A stretch of 64,000 nucleotides of DNA from Felis catus (lineage: Eukaryota): NCBI RefSeq assembly GCF_018350175.1, contig NC_058368.1:39620001-39684000 (forward strand), in the 5' to 3' direction. The translations under genes and the position numbers were made by a program. Of this stretch, positions 49,476 to 63,107 are shown piece by piece (position 1 is the stretch's first letter; each line of letters opens with the position of its first letter). Under the pieces are notes generated by a model, which ran no database searches, had not been told where the DNA came from, and saw nothing but the letters and a program-made list of their open reading frames with translations.

Positions 49476-51395
49476 AAACATAGTTTTTCCTATATTTAAC
49501 TCTCTCATTGGCAATCAGTTAAACTAAGAATTAAGTTTACATTCTCTTAATACACATTCCCTCAAAGTATTATACCCTTTATAGGAACTGTCTGAGATAA
49601 CATCTTCTTAATGCTAATTTTCCAGATTGGTACAAATGAAGAGAGCTATTGATAAATTACATGTGTTTTATATTAGTCTGAATAAGGACAAACAGTGCGG
49701 TTTCTTCATGAAAATGAATGTAACATTTTCACTTCCAATTGATTGTTCCAAATTGTTCTATTTCACCATGTCTCAGAAATATCTAATATTTATGACTAGG
49801 GTGGTACAAATTTACTTTCTATCTGTAGAAATTATATGTTATCCAAATTAATTCTAATTATGATATTTAAATCTATTTAATCAGTTTCATAGCTTGTTTA
49901 TTTTATACTGACAAGAATTACAACTTGTGATTATCCAAACTCTGGTGAAAACAAATTAAATGGCAGTAAAGGCATCAATAATAATAAGACATAATTCTCA
50001 AACCCACCAATGTATATTCTTTCTCTGTAATTACAACAGAGATTGCAAAAGATAGGAAGAATATGTAACAACTCTAGAATTAACTAAGTGATTTAATGAT
50101 TTATTTTTAAGGTGCTGTTGATTTATTCCAACTACCAAAGTCATAATTATGGATGACATGTGAATAACTTTCTAATCATGTTTACTCAGTGTTATCAAAT
50201 GCAAATAAAAAATAAAGCAGTATTTTGTCATTTAAATGTAAATTAATCTTAACCTATATTAGCTATGATCTGTTTTAGAGCATATATAAACAATACATAG
50301 GGTACATAAATAAAGCCCACATCACTGCTGTATCAAAATTTTCCTGGTGTCAATAAAATTGTAAAATGAGGGATTTCTTTTGACAAGTTTTAACAAACAA
50401 AAAACTTCCCACATCAATCATAATAGGAATAATTAGCAAGGATGCTTTAATCCTCCATGACCTTCCCTGTGAATGACAATGTACTGCCAAACATCAAGTC
50501 TCCTTACTGAACAAAATTTGCTCAGTAATGTCTCTTGTGGCTATGATGATAAATCTAAAAGCCCAACCTCATCTATTTCTGTGGCATGAATTACCAGACG
50601 TATAAGCCAAATAGATTATCTTTCAAATTTAAAGGCAAATAATGACGTAATTATCAGTTCACTGGAGAAGAGAGTAGAATTTGACATTGATGAAGAGTAA
50701 TATGTCCATTATGAAAACAGGTTGGATTCTTTTTTACTTCCTATCTATCTGCATTAACTAGCTATACATGCATCATCAGTACTTTATCAAATATGATCAG
50801 ATAGCAAGACTCATAAAATGATGGTTTAATTATGAATTCTAATATCTTAATAGATCATATTACTAATGTAGGTATGCACAAACACACTATCCTTATTTCA
50901 ATTTCAGTTTATAACTATTTTGCTAGTATTTTCAAGAAATAATATTTTTATAATTTAAAGTATATCAATGTTAAAGTTATTCATAAAAATTAGCACTATA
51001 AATAAAAATATAAAATTGTTCAGGAGATTTGTCACTGAATACTGATATTATTTTTTAAAATTCCTGTGAAATACCACTTGGAAATCTCTATGGTGCTGAC
51101 CAATAAAAAATGAATCTTGCTGAATCTGTTGAAGCCCTGATAATGAAAGATCATTCTAGGAAATGAAAGACTTAAAGCAATTCTAAAATATGGACCAAAT
51201 ACTTTCCTTTTATGGTCAGTACAACTCTGTAAGAGGCATATTATCTTTATTTTTAGGTAGAATGACAGAAGCACAGCAACATTAAACAAAAAGTTGCAGG
51301 TTAGTGGAACTTAGGAACTGAGTTAAGTTTACCCAAGCTCTACATTTGAAAATAGTGCTTAATTTTGACATTTCTTTAAAAAAAAAATACTTTGA

Positions 51396-51628
51396 GGGGC
51401 GCCTGGGTGGCGCAGTCGGTTAGGCGTCCGACTTCAGCCAGGTCACGATCTCGCGGTCCGTGAGTTCGAGCCCCGCGTCAGGCTCTGGGCTGATGGCTCA
51501 GAGCCTGGAGCCTGTTTCCGATTCTGTGTCTCCCTCTCTCTCTGCCCCTCCCCCGTTCAGGCTCTGTCTCTCTCTGTCCCAAAAATAAATAAACGTTGAA
51601 AAAAAAATTGAAAAAAAAATAATAAAAT
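51396..51628 (+). mobile_element. Young felid SINE (SINEC_Fc, GGCGCAGTC variant)
   Basis: CpG-rich body; TSD AAAAAAATACTTTGAG. Confidence 0.96.
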
Positions 51629-51887
51629 AAAAAAATACTTTGAGCTGCAAGGAATTTGAAAAGATCCTCAATTTGTTTCTTCCTTTAGGTGGCTGAGTAT
51701 GAACCAAAAAAAAAAGAGTTTCTTATTATTTTGTTGTTTCCTTGACTATCTTTATTTTTATTTGATTTTTTTCTTCTGCTTTTTCTTGAAGACGTACTAA
51801 AGAGTGGCAAAGCTGGGGACACCAATAACTTTCTTGATAAATTTTCATATTTATATCCATTTCCAAACAGTTAATTTTACTCTTTCA

Positions 51888-51999
51888 TTTTTTAAATGGT
51901 TTTATTTTTAACTCATCTCTACACCCAACATGGGTCTCAAATCCACAACCCAGAGATAAAGACTCACAAGTTCCATCAACTGAGCCAGCCAGGTACCCC
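51888..51999 (-). mobile_element. Short SINE (SINEC_old type)
   Basis: ATCTCTACACCCAACATGGG...ACTGAGCCAGCCAGGTACCCC. Confidence 0.85.
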
Positions 52000-53467
52000 A
52001 ATATTTCAAGTTTTTAAATTTTGTTTTATTGTAAGAACACTTAACATGAGATCTACTTTCTTAAGAAAGGTTTAAGGATGCAATACAGCATTGTTAACAT
52101 AGACACAATGTTCAACGGATCTGTTAAACTTATTTATCTTGCCTAACTGAAACTTTATGCCCATTGATTAGCAACCCCCACTTCTTTCTCCACCCAGCCC
52201 ATTAATAACCACTAATCCACCAAGTGAAATTATGCAATGTTTAACTGGCTTGTTTAATTTAGCATAATGTCCTCAAGGTTTATTTCATGTTGTTGCATAT
52301 TGCAAAATTTCCTTCTTTTTAAGTCTGAGGAATATATTGTATGTATGTACCACATTTTTTTATCCATTTATTTGATGGTGGATAGGTTGCTTCCACATCT
52401 TGGCTATTGTGAATAGGGCTGCAATGAATATGGCAGTGCCAATATTTCTACAAGATCCTGATTTCAACTCTAAATAAATATCCACAAGTGTGATTGTTAC
52501 ATCATATGACAGTTGTACTTTTAATTTTTTGAGGAATCTCCATGCTGTTTTACATAGTGGCCACAACATTTTGTATTCCCAACAGTGTACAAATGTTCCA
52601 ACTATTCTACAATCTTTCCAACACTGTTTTTTTGGAGGTTTTGGGGGTCATAGCCATCTGACAGGTATAAAGAAGTGTCTCATTGTAGTTTTCATTTGTA
52701 TTTCCCTAATGATTACTGACATTGACCATATTTCATATATCTATTGACCATTTGTATGTCTTCTTTGGAGAAATATCTAGTCAAGTCTTTTGTCCATTTT
52801 TAAAATTGGGTTATTAGTTTGTTGTTGTTGCTACTGAGTTACAGGAGTTCCTTATATATTTTGAAAAATAGCCTCTTAAAGAAATATGGCTTGCAAATAC
52901 TTTCTCCCATTCCTCTCCAGTCTGTTGATTCTTTCTTTTATTGTGTGGAAGCATTATAGTTTGATGTAGTCTTACTTGTCTCTTTTTGTATTTGTTACCT
53001 ATGCTGTTGCCATAAAATCATAGCCAATACCAATGTCAAAAAGCTTTCATGCTATGTTTTCTTCGAGAAGCTTTACAAAGTCAGGTCTTACATTTAAGTT
53101 TTTTATCTGCTTGAGTTGATTTTTGTGTGTGGTTTAAGATGAAGATACAATTTCCTTCTTCTGTTTGTTTAGCTAGAATACTCAGTACCATGAAGTGATG
53201 AGAAGTGATGAGAGTGGATATAATTGCCCTGTCTGATCTTTGAGGAAATTCTTTCAGTTTTCACCACTTAGTATGATGTTAGCTGTAGCATTTAACATAT
53301 GGCTTTTACTATGTTATGATACTTTCCTCCTATTCGCTAATTTGTTAACTTCTTTTTTTCTTTTATCATGAAAGGTCTTTGAATTGTGTAAAATGCTTTT
53401 TATGCATCTGTTGACACTATTGTGTGATATTTATTCTGTATTTTGTTAATGTGAGTTATAACCTTGA

Positions 53468-53685
53468 TTTTTTTAAAAAAATGTTTTAATGTTTATTTAT
53501 TTTTGAGAGAGAGACAAAGCATAAGCGGGGGAGAGGCAGAGATAGAGGGAGAAACAGAATCTGAAGCAAGCTCCAGGCTCTGAGCTGTCAGCACAGAGCC
53601 AGACACAGGGCTTGATCTCATGAACCATGAGATCATGACCTGAGCCGAAGTCAGACACCTAACCAACTGAGCCACCCAGGTGCCC
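53468..53685 (-). mobile_element. Can-SINE (SINEC_Fc type)
   Basis: Complete body inside L1. Confidence 0.93.
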
Positions 53686-54605
53686 TTGATTAATTTTCAT
53701 AATTTGAACCATCCTTACATCCCAGAGATAAATCTCACCTGGCCAGGGTATTTGATATTTTTAATATTGTGCTGAATGTGATTTGCTAGTATTTTGTTGA
53801 GGATTTTTGCATCTTACCATTTTCTTAAATATCAGGGATATTGGCCTGCAGTTTTCTTTTCTTGTGGTGTCTTTATCTGGCTTTGGTATCAGGGTAATAC
53901 TGGACTCCTAAAATAAATTTGGAGGTGTTCTTTTCACTTCAATTATTTGGAATAGTTTGAGAAAGATTGGTGTTAGTTTTTCTTTAAATGTTTGGTAGAA
54001 TTCACCGGTAAAGTTATCTGTTCTTAGACTTTTACTTTTTAGGTTTTTGATTATTCACTCAACATACATACTAACAATAGATGTGTTTAAACTTTCTTTT
54101 TCTTTGTGATTCAATCTTATTACATTATATGTTTCTAGGACTTATCCATGTCTTGTAGGTTATCCAATTTGTTGGCATACATTATTTATCTTAGTCTCTT
54201 ATGATAACTCTATTTCTGTGCTCTTCTTTTATTTTTAATTTTTTATTTGAATGTCTCTTCTTTTTTCTTAGGCTAAAGGCTTGTGCGTTTTGTTAATCTA
54301 AACAAACAAGCAGCTCTTAGTTTCATTGGCCTTCTCTATTTTTTTAGTCTCTATTTCATTTATTTCTGCTCTGATCTTTATTATTTCCTTCCTTTCCTTC
54401 CTGTTAACTATAGTCTTAATTTGTTCTTTTTTTCAGTTCCTTAGTGTGTAATTTTAGGTTGTTTATTTGAGAACTTATTTTATTTTGAAATGCAGGTATT
54501 CATCACTATAAATTTCCCTCTTAATACTTGTTTTTTTTAATCTTAAAACTTCGGTATGTTAAATTTTCATTTTTGTTTCTGCCAAGATATTTTCACAATT
54601 TCCCC

Positions 54606-54626
54606 TTTTTAAAGTTTATTTATTTT

Positions 54627-54668
<42 letters not shown>

Positions 54669-54835
54669 AGGAGCACAAATGGGGGAGAGGCAGAGAAAGA
54701 GGGAGAGAGAGAACGCCAAGCAGACTCCACACTCAGCATGGAGCTGATATGGGGATCCATCCTATAACCACAAGATCACAACCTGAACTGGTATCAAGAG
54801 TCTTATATTAACTGACTAAGCTACCTACGTGTCCC
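54606..54835 (-). mobile_element. Can-SINE (older type)
   Basis: (AG)n tract, CCAAGCAGACTCCAC...; TSD approximately CAATTTCCC(C)TTTT. Confidence 0.88.
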
Positions 54836-54893
54836 TCCAATTTCCCTTTTGATTCTTCTTTGACTCGTTGGTTGTTCAAGAATGTGTTGTTTA

Positions 54894-55117
54894 GGGGCGC
54901 CTGGGTGGCGCAGTCGGTTAAGCCTCCGACTTCAGCCAGGTCACGATCTCGCGGTCCGTGAGTTCGAGCCCCGCGTCGGGCTCTGGGCTGATGGCTCAGA
55001 GCCTGGAGCCTGTTTCCGATTCTGTGTCTCCCTCTCTCTCTGCCCCTCCCCCGTTCATGCTCTGTCTCTCTCTGTCCCAAAAATAAATAAACGTTGAAAA
55101 AAAAATTTAAAAAAAAA
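54894..55117 (+). mobile_element. Young felid SINE (SINEC_Fc, GGCGCAGTC variant)
   Basis: CpG-rich body; perfect TSD AATGTGTTGTTTA. Confidence 0.96.
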
Positions 55118-58100
55118 AATGTGTTGTTTAATTTCCCCATATTTGTGAAAATTTAAGAAAAATTGTTAAAAGGGTAAACCTTATGTTCTTGCCACAGTAA
55201 ATTAAAATTAAAAAAAAATAATTTTGAACATCATCTACTGTTTTCAATTAAAAAAAATATTAAGCCACAAAAATAAAATTTCCTAATACCCTACACCTCC
55301 CTTTCTCTATGTACTAACAATCTTTTGTTAGTACATAATGTACATACATACATACATACATATAACATATGTATGGTCTCTATGTCTATGTGTTTTTATA
55401 GTAATGGAATTACATTATTCATATTGCTGTATAATTTGCTTTTCTCAAACAACTCATATTTGCTTTCCATTTTTTGTTCCTCTTTGCTAAATTCATCTTC
55501 TATGTTTTCCTGTCTTTCTTTCCTTCTTTTTTTTTTTATGGTAAGCTGGTTATTTTATAAATAAAATCTCCAATTTTTAAAATGAAATTTATTTTCAGAA
55601 AACTTAACAGATACAATACTGTTCAACTAAATCAGGCTTTATTCACTATTATTACAAGAATGATTAAATAAATTTCTTAATCTAATGTTCTTATTCTAAG
55701 TACAATAGCAATGATAAGCTTCACATAACTACGGGACAATAAAGTACTTAGGTTATGCAGGGTATTTCAGTTTTGCTTACTTAATTTTAGCTCAGTCATA
55801 CCTTCTAGTCATCAGCTCTCAACTAGCCATCTTGAGAGACCTGTCTCTTATGGAAAAGATTAGCGAAATTTTGTTTTGAACAATGGAAATTTTACCTTCT
55901 TTTGCTTTTAATGATAAGTTAATACTGACACAATCTTTCTCATTTTAATTTATGTAATTTATCAAATATGTCAAGACAGATTTAAATTATAATTATTAAA
56001 TAAATGTAACATATATCCTATGGGCTGCTCATTATTCAACTCACCTTTTTGGTCCTAAAGATAAATTATATATCATTATGTGACATTTATTTATTTAGAA
56101 GAATTATGAAGAATAATAGCACATAGATCTGGATACCAGATTATTTATATGACAAATTCTGTTTTTCAGGTTTGCCTAAAGCAAAATATGTTTGAGAAAA
56201 TAAGAACTTTCACTGCACCTAATTCTTTACCTACAAGAAATTATGCCTAACTCTGGGGTTATTCCTCATTGTCTTCCTGAATTTCTTTTCCATTTATTTG
56301 TCATTTCAATTTGAAGTTTAAGGAGAAAGAATGGCAAGAAAATTTACAAACCTAGCATTACATTTTACCTTAAATATATATTATTATTTTTAGTTGTATA
56401 TATTAACATTTGTATTATTTATGATCAATGATAATTACTGAAATTGTTGGATTATTTTTTCTCAATATCTTGCTGCTTCCCAATGCCAGAGGGGGGTGGA
56501 TATGCTCATTATTATCATGAGTTTTCTTCCATGCACACAAAACACATAGAGATCAGGATTTTCTTTTGGTGTCATAGAGTTTAGAGAATGATTTAAGAAT
56601 AAGGAAAATTCTGCCTCCTCCACCTAATTTTTTAGGATTTATCCCTCATGACTTTGATATTGGAAAAGGCTATTGATCTTCATCTTGGAAAACTATTTCC
56701 TTACACTGAGTCTAATCAACCCAAGTTTGTTCAATCCATTAGTTTCTAATTACGTCTATAGCTCAATTTTGGAACAAACTGGCTGAAATTAATATTTTAA
56801 GAGACAAAGAAATAGAATTTTCAGCAAAATACAATTTTCTGTTTGCTTTTTAGTGTCATCTCCTATTGTGGTTCTCAAATAATTCATGTTTCATTCCTCT
56901 TCCTTATTTCCAGAATTTTACAAATGGAATATAGGCCTGTAAATGCCTCATTTTTTCCCCATAAATTTCTCTCCTAATACAAATATAACACAAAAATTTT
57001 TGTACTGGGAAGTTTATTATACTTGGAAAAGGCCAGTCTCAAAAAATGATTTCTGTATTTGTTTTTTACAATAAACCATTTATGTTTTCTAGGACAAAAA
57101 AGACCTTCAAGAATAATAACATAGCTATTTTAATTCTAATTCTTAAAATAAATATGTTCTGATTTTTTAAGTATAATTCTTTATAAAATCCTCCTTTCTC
57201 TAGTCTTGCATTCCATTATTTCATGATAGGAAATAAGCATGCTCATTAATATATTTTAAAAATGCCAGAAAATCAATAATTATCTTAGTGTCTTCCCATG
57301 TTTACCATGCATTGCACCTTCAAATTAAAAAAAAAAAGTAAATCTGCATTTATTTGTAACAATCTTATTGAATGAGATGGACCCCTTAGGGAGCAAATAC
57401 AGAATCACCCACTTTTTTTCCTGCCACCTCTTGCTTGCACACATAGTTTTTCTCTCTTTCTCACCCATGAATGACATCTTGAGTAAATTCCACAGCTTTC
57501 ACTTTTAATTATGAGATCTGTCTGTTTTATTAAAGTGGCTAGTTTAACCTACATAAAACACTTTTCATCACCTGCCCAGTTTACAACATTCCCTCTTTGG
57601 CTTGAACCAGACTAGGAAAACTGCAGTGGGAAAAAAGATGATGTACACTCAATGTCCTTGTTCTTCCCACTTCTAGCTCTTTCTCTTCTGCCTTTGTTTC
57701 CTCCAGACTGACATATGGAAGGAGATGTGAGAAGCAATCAAAGAGTCCTAATTAATGGTTTTATGGTAGTCTGACCTTGGTGCTGTCTAATTTTCTGCTT
57801 TGTGCAGTTGCTTCAGGCACCAAAGGGCTTATGAGACTGTATATCCTTGGAACATGTGATACACTCTCTGGATGATATATTATCACTTTCCCCTTGGCTT
57901 ATGCTTGTGTAGAAACCTCACCATGACAGGTAACCCTCTTGAGTGAGGCGCTTTCAATCCCACTCTATTAAAATTAATGTTTGCAGTGTCTTCATAACAT
58001 ATGGGAAATCTCATCACCTTTGCCCTGCTATATTCTGGAAGTTTAATTTGCTCCTATTGCATCTTTTATCCTTGACTCAAAATCACAATTAGTTCTAGCC

Positions 58101-59419
58101 AGCCCTTTAGGTGGCTTCCCAAACGTCAGGATATACAGGTCAAAACGCCACAAGAAGCATCTCACATTGCTCTGCGCCTAATACCTTAGTGACACTGGAA
58201 TGTTAAAAGCCACTTCTTACTACTTTATTGAAATGCATAAAGGAGCAAAATACTGAACTCTACTAAACAGACAATACTAACAAGTGAATTTTCTTTTTCT
58301 AATTGTCCTGCTTCTTTGATATATAGGATGGTGGTAACTGGTTGACCTTTTGTCACAGGACTGGTATTGGACATATCTTGGGTACTAAAGTTATAGGATT
58401 CTACAAGATTTATTTAACATGAATGAATACATGTCATAATGATCTTAAAACTTGGAAGTAGGTAATTGGGCCAACTCTTTTTAATAAAAGCCAAAGATGC
58501 ATAAAAATAATATGCTTGTAGGAGCTCAACAGCAAGTAATATATGCCATGCCAATCAAATGATATGTTAAACTGGAGATGCAATTAATATTTAAAAATTT
58601 CACTAGCAGGTGGAATGGTTATTGTAGCATTATAAATGTCTTCATTTGCATCAATCAATATCCAGAGAAAAATTTTCTAAGCTTTTCAGATTCTAAGTAT
58701 TAGAATATTAATTAGACTGATAATCAGCTACTAAAGCCATCCTGATCTGGTGTTACACAATATCAGTTGATTTTTCACAGTGCCATACTCAAATATTTTG
58801 GCGTGGCACAGATATAACTTACTTTGTTGTGTTGAGATTGAACTTTACAAAATTAAAATTAGAAGGAGAATATATTAAAAACAGATGAGAGCAACTCTTT
58901 ATTTTGATGATATGAGCTCAATTTTTCATTTCATGTCTCATATAATATAACTTACACAAATGTCCATTATTGATTCTTAGAATCTGAAGATTTCCAAAAT
59001 TTATATTTCACATTTTGCAGTTTGATCTTAATGGAAAGTACTTCAGAATGAATATACATTAAAATACACTGAGTCGATCCATTAATATTTTGCAGTTTAC
59101 TATATAGCAATAGAAACCAAATTAAAAATGAAATTAAGCATAAAACCATTATTCCTTTCTGTTTCTTGAAAATATTTTTGGCATGCAATCATTAAAATGC
59201 AGACAGTGTGCTCTACCCTTCCCAACTCTTGCTTCTTCAAATTGACATTTGAAGGGACATCACTATCTGTGATTCATTTGATAATAATATTTTTTTTCAT
59301 GTATCAAAGCTATTTTACAATTCTTCAAGTTATAGTCATAAACTGAATTAGTTTTTCATACATTTTCAGCTTAAGTTTATATCATTTCAATTATAAATGC
59401 AAGTATAAGAAGGCCAACC

Positions 59420-59712
59420 AAAAGGGATTTTTAAGGCAGTGAATAATTGTAGATATATATCATTAAAATTTGTCCAAAGTCATAGAATATAAAACACCAA
59501 GTGAACCTTAATATAAACTATGGACTTTGGATGATAATGATGTGTCCGTGTCAGTTTTTCAATTCTAGCAAATGTACCCCTCTTTGACGGATATTGACAA
59601 AAGAGGAGGCTTTGAATGTATGAGGGTAAGCAGTATACAGAAAATCTCGGTACCTTCTGCTCAATTTTTCTGTGAAACTGTAAGTACTCTGAAAACAAAG
59701 TATAATAAAAAT
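59420..59712 (+). mobile_element. L1MC1-like 3' end
   Basis: GTGAACCTTAATATAAACTATGGACTTTGG...GAAAATCTCGGTACCTTCTGCTCAATTTT. Confidence 0.85.
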
Positions 59713-59789
59713 TTAGAATAAAATTCTAAGATTTATTTCATGTTCATAATACACGTCCAATGCAATGATAAAGCTTTTGATAGGAGAAG

Positions 59790-60150
59790 AGCAGTATTTG
59801 TCATATTTAGTCATGACGTAGGTAACAAACTACTCCATCCAATGAAACCATCATTGCAACAGAAGACCGTAGTGACCTCTCAGTCAAAGAGAGAATATGG
59901 TGAATCATGTGCCAGTTCCTCAGTGCTCTTTCTCTTAAAGCACACATAAGCCCATTCCATTCACAGTAATCTGGCCAAAGTGAGTCACATGGCTACATCT
60001 AATTTAAAAGGCTAGAAAGTAATAAGTCCATTATGACTAAAAGGAAGAGAAAATCTTCTTTCTACTTGCAATGTACATTCGACCAATCATCACGAAACAC
60101 ACCCAATTCTTCCATCCAACAACTAGGCTCAAGTTCAGAGTTGAGGGTTC
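59790..60150 (-). mobile_element. Old MaLR LTR fragment, possibly with adjacent internal sequence
   Basis: TGGCCAAAGTGAGTCACATGGCTACATCTAA. Confidence 0.45.
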
Positions 60151-60329
60151 TCATTGATGAGATTGATACATATATATAAAACAAGTTTGGTCAGGAAGAT
60201 TTTGCTTTATCATATAAAAACTTAAAAATTTTTTTGTATACAAAATAGTACAGTATTGAATTTGGAGCACAGGAACTTAAATTGTAAGAAATACAATTCA
60301 TTCTTGGTATTGGACCTTATAGTATAATA

Positions 60330-61042
60330 AAATGTGCACTTAATAAATGGTGTTGGCACAAATAGTTATTAATCTAAAAAAGAAAAAAATGTAAGCTCTA
60401 ACAATAGTTTATAAAGAAAAATTCAGAAGGAATAAATGCTGAAATGTTTATTAAAAAGAGTAAATGTTTCAGTTTATTTGGGAAACATGAGGACATATTA
60501 AAGAAATTATAAAGTACAAAAGTTACAAAGTAATGACAATATTGGTAATACAAAAAATTAACATTTTATTCAAAAATACACTAAAAGCAAGAGAAAAGCA
60601 ATGTTCTATAAAATAAATGCAAATCAAATGATAATGTAATAGGTAGTTCCTAAAACATACGAAACTCTCCTGAATTTTATTACAAATGATGAGTATTTAA
60701 TTGAAACATGGCAAAGTTTTAATAGACAATACATAGAAGTAGAAATTTAAATTTCCAGAGGATATGAAAACTCAATTTTGTTAGTGTTCAGGAAAATGCA
60801 AATAAAAGTAACAAGCTCTAACTACTGAGCCATAACTACTTAACTCTCAAACTCGCATAATTCAATGGGTGAAAATTTTAAATGCTAGCATGAATGTAGG
60901 CAAAGTCTACTCTCAGTGATTGACAGAAAAATGTGAATTTCAACATATGTGCTGGAATGTGTTTCTCAGTATTTGTAGAGTAATATATAATGTGTACACT
61001 TTGACCCATTTCACCACTGGAATCACACACACACACACACAG

Positions 61043-61076
<34 letters not shown>

Positions 61077-61340
61077 GCATATACACATGCTTATACTCAA
61101 GGCATGCTATGAGAAAATTTATTGCAGTACTTTTGTGATGGAAAAATAAATCTCAAATTTATCTAAATGCTAATCAACAGTGGAAAGACTGAAATAATTA
61201 CAGAACATCTTTACCATGGAATACTAAGCCACTGTACAAAGGATCAAATTATTTAATTTTTACTGCTAGTAGTTCTGCTTTTACAAGATATTCATGAGTA
61301 GAAAAGCAAGCCATAAGCAAATCTGTGTTGTTTGCTACCA
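60330..61340 (+). mobile_element. Old L1ME ORF2/3' region with (CA)n at ~61024-61076
   Basis: AATAAATGGTGTTGG...CAGGAAAATGCAAATAAAA...TTGACCCA...ATCTAAATG..AATCAACAG...CATGGAATACTA. Confidence 0.6.
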
Positions 61341-61812
61341 TTGAGATATATGATTGTTATATTAATTATTTTTATAACACACAATAGTATGAGCAAGGAA
61401 AATATGGTAATGAGGAAGAAAGAAGATGGGTGTTGTAGAGGTTAGTGAAAACAAAGATTGCAAAGTAGAAAAATATACTTGATATGGTGTTAATTAAAGA
61501 CATAGAATATAGAATTGTCTCATTAACATAAGAAAATATTAATTGTACCTAAATATAGTATACTTATGATTACATTTTAAGGACAGCAAAAAATGTGTAC
61601 AAAGAAATTTACGTGGATAAATAACAATATTGATTTAATTATAGAATACAGTTACTGGCAAATTTTACAATCTTATTCCTTATAAAATTCCTTATTCCTA
61701 ATAAAAGAAGTGCATATGTCCAATATCCTATTTTTCATACATTTTTCCAATATAACCTAATTTTTTCTAAAAATCATAACATACAAACACATGTGTGCGC
61801 ACATACATATCC

Positions 61813-62183
61813 TTTTTTTTTGTAGCTTCAAATTTATTTAAATTCTAGTTAGTTAACATATGGTGTAATACTAGTTTCAGGTGTAGAATTTAGTGACTCA
61901 TCACTTACATACAACATCCAGCGCTCATGACAAGTGCCCTCTGAATACCCATTCCCTCACCCACCTTTCCTCCTGCAACCCTCAAGTTTGTTCTCTATAG
62001 TTAAGAATCTATTTCATGTTTTGCCTCTCTTTTGTGCCTTGAATTCCACATATGAGTGCAGTCTTATGGTATTTGTTTTTCTGTGAATGACTTATTCACT
62101 CAGCATAGTATAATACAGTCTAGCTCCATCCATGTGGTTGCAAATGCCAAGATATCATTCTTTTTGATGGCTGAATAACATTA

Positions 62184-62223
<40 letters not shown>

Positions 62224-63107
62224 CACCTCTTCTTTATCCATTCATCAGCCGATGGACCTTAGGGCTTATTCCATAATTCCGCTATTGTTGATAATGCTGC
62301 TATAAACACTGGGGTTACATGTGTCCCTTCGAATCAGTGTTTTTGTATCCTTTGGGTGTACCAAGTAGTGCAATGCTACATCATAGGGTACTTCTATTTT
62401 TAGCTCTTTGAGGAACCTCCACACTATTTTCCAGAGTGGCTGTACTAGTTTGTATTCCCACCAATAGTGTAAGAAGGTTCCCCTTTCTCTTCATCTTCAT
62501 CAACATCTATTGTTTCCTGTGTCGTTAATTTTAGTCATTCTGACAGGTGTAGGTGATATCTCATTGTAGTTTTGATTTGTATTTTCCTAATTATGAGTAA
62601 TTTTGAGCATCTTTTCATGTGTTTGTTAGCCATCTGTGTGTCTCCTTTGGAAAAATGTCTATTCATGTCTTCTACCTATATTTTAACTGGATTCCTGGTT
62701 TCATTCATCTTTTCTACTGTTTTTGTTTGTTTGTTTGTTGGTTTCTATATAATTAATTTTTGCTCTAATCTTTATTATTTCCCTTTTTTCTAGTTTTAGG
62801 CTTCATTTGGGGAAGTATTCGTCTTGTGCGATCGCACAAGGATCGCAGTCCTCTTTCTGCCTTTCCGGAGACCAGGGTCCACTCCCCTCAACGGCACCTG
62901 CAATCCATTTCTCCTCCAATCTATGTCTCTACACTTCCTACCTTCCTGGATGTGGACTCTTCTCTCCTTCTAGTTGTGTAGTTTGTTCTGTCAGTCTTCA
63001 GATCGATTTTTTTGGGTATTCAGAATGATTTGATAGTATCTAGGTGTGCATGAGGGACGAGACAAGCCTGTGGGTCCTCCCACTATTCCGCCATCTTAGC
63101 TCCCCCC
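61813..63107 (-). mobile_element. Internally deleted carnivore L1 retaining both 5' and 3' ends
   Basis: T tail and 3' UTR/ORF2 end 61813-62693; mid-ORF2 piece 62693-62809; CpG-containing 5' UTR 62810-63107 whose reverse complement starts GGGGGGAGCTAAGATGGCGG. Confidence 0.8.
63088..63097 (-). promoter_or_regulatory. YY1-type motif of the L1 internal promoter
   Basis: AAGATGGCGG about 10 nt from the L1 5' terminus, the canonical position. Confidence 0.65.

Larger units (their letters stand above)
52012..55150 (-). mobile_element. L1MA-type element (3' UTR plus decayed ORF2) with internal deletions, interrupted by three SINEs
   Basis: GTAAGAACACTTAACATGAGATCTAC 3' end; ORF 52360-52569 resembles ORF2 (AWRFLKKLK...FIAALFTIAKMWKQP); GTATTTTGTTGAGGATTTTTGCATC, GGCTTTGGTATCAGGGTAAT. 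Confidence 0.9.

Noticed and set aside
9641..60150. Inferring host-gene strand from LTR/L1 orientation bias
   Set aside because: LTRs are about 7 plus versus 3 minus and L1s are mixed; too weak to call.
62810..63107. CpG-island promoter or foreign insert
   Set aside because: Explained by the L1 5' UTR.
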